This document shows, one piece after another, positions 60,481-64,000 of a stretch of DNA of 64,000 nucleotides. A program made the translations under genes and the position numbers. Positions within the stretch are counted from its first letter, which is position 1, and each line of letters begins with the position of its first letter. Below the pieces are notes generated by a model, which was not told the DNA's origin, ran no database searches, and was given only the letters and a program-made list of their open reading frames with translations. Source of the DNA: Polyangia bacterium (lineage in GTDB: Bacteria > Myxococcota_A > Polyangia > Fen-1088); the NCBI GenBank assembly GCA_036500205.1, contig DASYCK010000079.1, positions 40,756-104,755 of the forward strand, written 5' to 3'.

Positions 60481-61716
60481 TCAGGCGCCCGGGGGGAGCC
60501 AGCAGCTGACCACCAGGCCGCCGCCGTCGCGCGGGTGCAGCGCCAGCCGGCCGCCGTGCGCCTCCACGATCTCGCGGCACAGCGGCAGCCCCAGGCCGCT
60601 CCCGGATTTCTTCGTCGAATAGAACGGCAGCAGCACGCTGCGCAGCACGTCCGGCGCCATCCCCTTGCCGCGATCGCGGACCATCACCTCGACGCCGCCG
60701 CGCTCTCCCGCCACCGTCAGCGTGATGTCGTCAGGCAGGCTCCCCGACTCGGCCGCGTTCTTCAGCAAGTTGATGAGGACCTGTTGCACCTGGCCGGGAT
60801 CGGCGTGGACGGGCGCGTCAGGCAGCGTCCCTTCCAGCTTGAAGCGATAGAGCCCCTCCACGCCACCGAGCAGCTCCTTCCAGGCGACGGTCCGCTTGGC
60901 CGGCAAGGGCAGCCGCGCGAAGCTGGCGTAGCCGTCGAGGAACGTCTTCAGGTGCGTGGCACGCTCCTCGATGGTGTCCAGCGCCGCGCCCAGCCGCTGC
61001 TGGAAGCCCGCCGGGTTGGCGAGCATCAAGCGGGCCGAGTGGATCAGCGAGGTGATGGGGGCGAGCGAGTTGTCGACCTCGTGACTGAGCACGCGAATCG
61101 CCTTCTTCCAGGTCTCCACCTCCTTGCGGGCCAGCTCCTTGGTCAACGGCCGCAGGATGAACAACGTGTGCCTTCGCGTGGAGATCTCGAAGGGGTGCTT
61201 GGCCAGATGAAACGTCTCCGGCTCGTCCGCGTCCCCACGCTCGCAGGTGAACAGCACGTCGTGAGCGGCGCTGGCCGCGTCGCGCAGCTCGGGCGGCCCC
61301 GCCGCCATCAGCTCGGTCAGCAGCGAACCGTCGATCCGCTTGCCGGCGCCGAAGAACGCCACGGCCGGCGGGTTCGCGTGGATGACGTGCCCCGCCTCGT
61401 TGACGATGACGGCGATGGCGGCGCTGGCGGCAAGCACCCGCTCGAGCCGCACGCCGTAGTCCCCCTCGGCCAGGCCGAGCGGGCCGTCGCTGACGGCGGA
61501 CACGCCGTTCCACACCAGGCGCGTTGCCACCAGGCGGTCGAGCACGAAGACGACCAGGGTGGCGGCCAGCCCGCCCACCACCGCCAACGTCGTCGTCGAG
61601 GCGCCCGGCGCGAGGCCTGCGCACACGAACAGCGCGGCCAGCGTCGCCACCCCCGCCGCCGCCGACACCAGCAGCGTCGACACGAGGCTGCGCCGGGGTC
61701 CCGTCATCGAGCTCAT
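60481..61716 (-). CDS. Membrane PAS sensor histidine kinase (NtrB-like)
   Basis: Two N-terminal TM helices, PAS-like VNEAGHVIHANPPAVAFFG, H-box LSHEVDNSLAPI, NLLKNAAES, DRGKGM, STKKSGSGLGLPL. Confidence 0.85.
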   Translation of the reverse strand: MSSMTGPRRSLVSTLLVSAAAGVATLAALFVCAGLAPGASTTTLAVVGGLAATLVVFVLDRLVATRLVWNGVSAVSDGPLGLAEGDYGVRLERVLAASAAIAVIVNEAGHVIHANPPAVAFFGAGKRIDGSLLTELMAAGPPELRDAASAAHDVLFTCERGDADEPETFHLAKHPFEISTRRHTLFILRPLTKELARKEVETWKKAIRVLSHEVDNSLAPITSLIHSARLMLANPAGFQQRLGAALDTIEERATHLKTFLDGYASFARLPLPAKRTVAWKELLGGVEGLYRFKLEGTLPDAPVHADPGQVQQVLINLLKNAAESGSLPDDITLTVAGERGGVEVMVRDRGKGMAPDVLRSVLLPFYSTKKSGSGLGLPLCREIVEAHGGRLALHPRDGGGLVVSCWLPPGA

Positions 61717-63161
61717 CGGGGGCGACGCTCCATGACGATGCCGAGCCGCTCCATCCGTCGGTAGAGCGCCTGACGGGACAGGCCCATCTCGGCGGCCGCC
61801 TTGGCGACGACGCCGCCCGCCCGCAACAGCGCCTCCTCGATGCCGGCCCGTTCGGCCACGCTGGCTTCGTCCAGCGCCACCGGCGCACGCGGCGCGCCGG
61901 CGCTGGCCAGCGAAGGCAGCGGCCCCGACGGTGTCGCCTTGCGAGACTCGGGCCGGGTGCCTGCCACGGGGAGCCCCAGATCGGAGGCCGTGATGACGTC
62001 GGACGTCTCCACCAGCACCGCCCGCTGAATGCGGTTCTGCAGCTCGCGCACGTTGCCCGAGAACTCGTGGTTCACCAGCGCCGCGCGCGCGTCGTCGCCG
62101 AACCGCATGGGGGGCTTCCCCTCCTTCGCCACGTGGCGGGCCAGGAAGTGCTCGGCCAGCGGGGTGATGTCATCGGGGCGATCGGCGAGCGGTGGCACGA
62201 ACAGCTCGATGACGTTCAGACGAAAGAACAGATCCTCGCGAAACTGCCCCGACGCGATGGCGCGAGGCAGATCGACGTTGGTGGCGCTGATCAGGCGCAC
62301 GTTCGCCTGGCGGGTCGTCGAGGAGCCGAGCCGTTCGAACTCGCCTGTTTGCAGCACCCGCAGCAGCTTCGCCTGCGCCACCAGCGGCAAGGTCCCCAGC
62401 TCGTCCAGGAACAGCGTGCCTCCGTCGGCCGCCTCGAAGCGCCCCACCCGCAGCTTCGTGGCTCCGGTGAAGGCGCCCGCCTCGGCGCCGAACAGCTCGG
62501 CCTCGAACAGATTCTCCGGCAAGGCCCCCACGTTCACGCGCACGAACGGCCGGTCGCGCCGCCGCGAGTTCGCCTGGACGATCTCGGCGAGCTTCTCCTT
62601 CCCCGAGCCGTTCGGTCCGGTGATCAGCACCGGCACGTCCGACGGCGCGATGCTGACCGCCAGCCGCACCACCTCGTGCATCTGCGGGCTGGCGTAGATC
62701 ACCTCGCGCAGGTCGTGCTTCTCCGCCAGGCTGCGGCGGGCCCGGTTCCCCTGGGCGCGCAGGCGCGTGTTCTCCTGGCGCAGCGCTCGCAGGTTGACCA
62801 GGTTCGTCACCGTGCGCACCAGCTTGTCGTCGTCCCAGGGCTTGGCGATGTAGTCGGCGGCCCCTTCTTTCGTCAGTGACACCGCCGTCTCCAGCGCCGT
62901 CCAGGCCGTCATCAGCAGCACCGGCATGTCGGCGTCGAGCGCGCGAATCGTGCGAAACAGCCGGGCCCCCTCCGCCCCGTCGGTGTTCTCCTGGGTGAAG
63001 TTCATGTCCTGCACCACGGCGCCGATGTCCTCCGTGGCCAGCAGGTGCAGCCCCTCATCGGGGGAGCTGACCGACAGCGCCGGCAGGCCATGCACCTCGA
63101 ACAGCGTCTCCAGCGCCGTTCGCACGGCCGGCTGATCGTCGATGATGAGCACCTTCAACAT
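61713..63161 (-). CDS. Sigma-54-dependent response regulator (NtrC family)
   Basis: ATG 63161 (SD AAGGAGA) within ORF 61713..63260(-). Receiver IIDDQ..VVQDMNF..AKPW. AAA+ VLITGPNGSGKE, GAFTGA. C-terminal HTH LSRQALYRRMERLGI. The stop overlaps the kinase ATG (ATGA). Confidence 0.9.
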   Translation of the reverse strand: MLKVLIIDDQPAVRTALETLFEVHGLPALSVSSPDEGLHLLATEDIGAVVQDMNFTQENTDGAEGARLFRTIRALDADMPVLLMTAWTALETAVSLTKEGAADYIAKPWDDDKLVRTVTNLVNLRALRQENTRLRAQGNRARRSLAEKHDLREVIYASPQMHEVVRLAVSIAPSDVPVLITGPNGSGKEKLAEIVQANSRRRDRPFVRVNVGALPENLFEAELFGAEAGAFTGATKLRVGRFEAADGGTLFLDELGTLPLVAQAKLLRVLQTGEFERLGSSTTRQANVRLISATNVDLPRAIASGQFREDLFFRLNVIELFVPPLADRPDDITPLAEHFLARHVAKEGKPPMRFGDDARAALVNHEFSGNVRELQNRIQRAVLVETSDVITASDLGLPVAGTRPESRKATPSGPLPSLASAGAPRAPVALDEASVAERAGIEEALLRAGGVVAKAAAEMGLSRQALYRRMERLGIVMERRPR

Positions 63162-63276
63162 GAACGTCTCCTTGGAGCGCGTGGGCACATCTAGAGAGTA
63201 CGCCCGAGCTCGCCTGACGGAACGCCCTTGACCTCGAGCGCCTGGATCACGACCGCGCAAGATGCTGGCGAGGCAT

Positions 63277-64000
63277 TCATTGAACCTCGAACCGGCAGGT
63301 GTAGTTCACGAACGTCGACACGGCGCGGGCCTGGCGATCGACCGGGGGCGACCAGATCGATCCACGCAACGTCGTCTGGCAGGCGGCGCCGAAGCCGGGC
63401 TCCGACTCGCTGAGCAGCGCCAGCTCGCACACGTGGCCGTCGGGAAGGATGCGCGCGTGGACCACGGCGCGCCCGGCGATACCCTTGCTGCGGGCCGCCG
63501 CAGGATAGGCGCGCGCCAGCGCCGGGGCGAGGTCCGGCGCCACCGGGGCACGCGACAGATCGGCGGCCGCCACCACCGGCGGGCCAGCGTGGCGAACGAC
63601 GTCGGGGCCATCGCCGTCGACGTTGCGATGGGTGACGCGCGCACCGGCGCGACCGACAGCGCCGTGCATCGTCTCTCCGTTTCCGGTGGCGCTCGCCCAG
63701 CCGGGACCGGCGCCGTCGTTGGTCATGGTCACGCCCGTGAAGTCGGCCGGGGACTCGGCGGAGGGGGGCGGCGCGCTCGGGGCCTGGGGCGGAGGGGGCG
63801 CCGCCTTGGCCCGCGCGGGGTGCGCCATCGCGAGCCGCGGGGCAGGCTTGTCGGCCTTGGGCGCCGCGGGGGGCTGAACCGCCTTCGCGCTCTGCACCGA
63901 CATCTCGACCAGCGTCGGAGGGCGGGGCCGCTTGCGCCCGAACCCATCGTCGCGGTGTCCCAGCCCGCCGAAGGCGACGGCGTGCAGACCGAGGCTGGTC
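63277..64000 (-). CDS. TonB-family energy transducer (5' end outside window)
   Basis: The track ORF 63277..63903(-) stays open upstream to the window edge. In-frame translation gives ..TSLGLHAVAFGGLG.. (SxxxH TM signature), a Pro/Ala-rich spacer, and a TonB_C-like end AYPAAARSKGIAGRAVVHARILPDGHV. Confidence 0.6.
   Translation of the reverse strand, partial: TSLGLHAVAFGGLGHRDDGFGRKRPRPPTLVEMSVQSAKAVQPPAAPKADKPAPRLAMAHPARAKAAPPPPQAPSAPPPSAESPADFTGVTMTNDGAGPGWASATGNGETMHGAVGRAGARVTHRNVDGDGPDVVRHAGPPVVAAADLSRAPVAPDLAPALARAYPAAARSKGIAGRAVVHARILPDGHVCELALLSESEPGFGAACQTTLRGSIWSPPVDRQARAVSTFVNYTCRFEVQ

Overview
Very GC-rich DNA (about two-thirds to 70% by eye, not computed). The gene content points to a myxobacterial (Myxococcota) chromosome: Myxococcus-type cysteine-rich repeats, fibro-slime domains, PEGA, FG-GAP and RCC1 lipoproteins, an ECF sigma factor and a sigma-54 activator. 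I call about 47 protein genes and one tRNA-Val(CAC). I saw no rRNA, CRISPR array, transposase or integrase.

Gene order:
- 23-5551 (minus): phoB-phoR, a REP-like element, then pstCAB, with no pstS.
- 5621-10475 (minus): glycogen cluster DUF4912 / GH57 branching enzyme / glgA.
- 10633 onwards: tRNA-Val, then a HEAT-repeat gene 11 nt downstream.
- 11484-15382 (minus): ECF sigma / GT51 transglycosylase fusion / SpoU methyltransferase.
- 15471-28827: scattered parts of a MoxR/vWA (Bat-like) set. These are DUF4175-like, MA-peptidase/TPR, two Cys-rich vWA lipoproteins, and MoxR plus DUF58, interrupted by a GH3 glycosidase.
- 28886-38517: housekeeping genes (maf, yggS, oxidoreductase, S41 peptidase, JAMM, hemE-hemH-hemY).
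- 38893-47341: accessory block with two tandem paralogous fibro-slime/Cys-repeat lipoproteins, a leaderless papain-like amidase-type protein and an RCC1 lipoprotein.
- 47382-57229: orphan Pse-type methylase, mgtE, an FG-GAP/PEGA pair, a fadB/fadA-like pair and a secreted PLD.
- 57230-63161 (minus): tightly chained operon of sigma-54 activator / histidine kinase / vWA protein / TPR-HEAT protein.
- 63277 to the window edge: TonB-family gene, 5' end cut off.

Many adjacent genes overlap by ATGA, GTGA or TTGA, which suggests translational coupling. The strongest candidates for something undescribed are the sigma-54/HK/vWA/TPR-HEAT operon, the amidase-like + RCC1 lipoprotein module, and the fragmented MoxR/vWA/DUF4175 set.

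All family assignments come from motif recognition by eye. No HMM, BLAST or folding computation was run. The ORF track translates GTG and TTG starts as M, and I re-derived start codons where I could.
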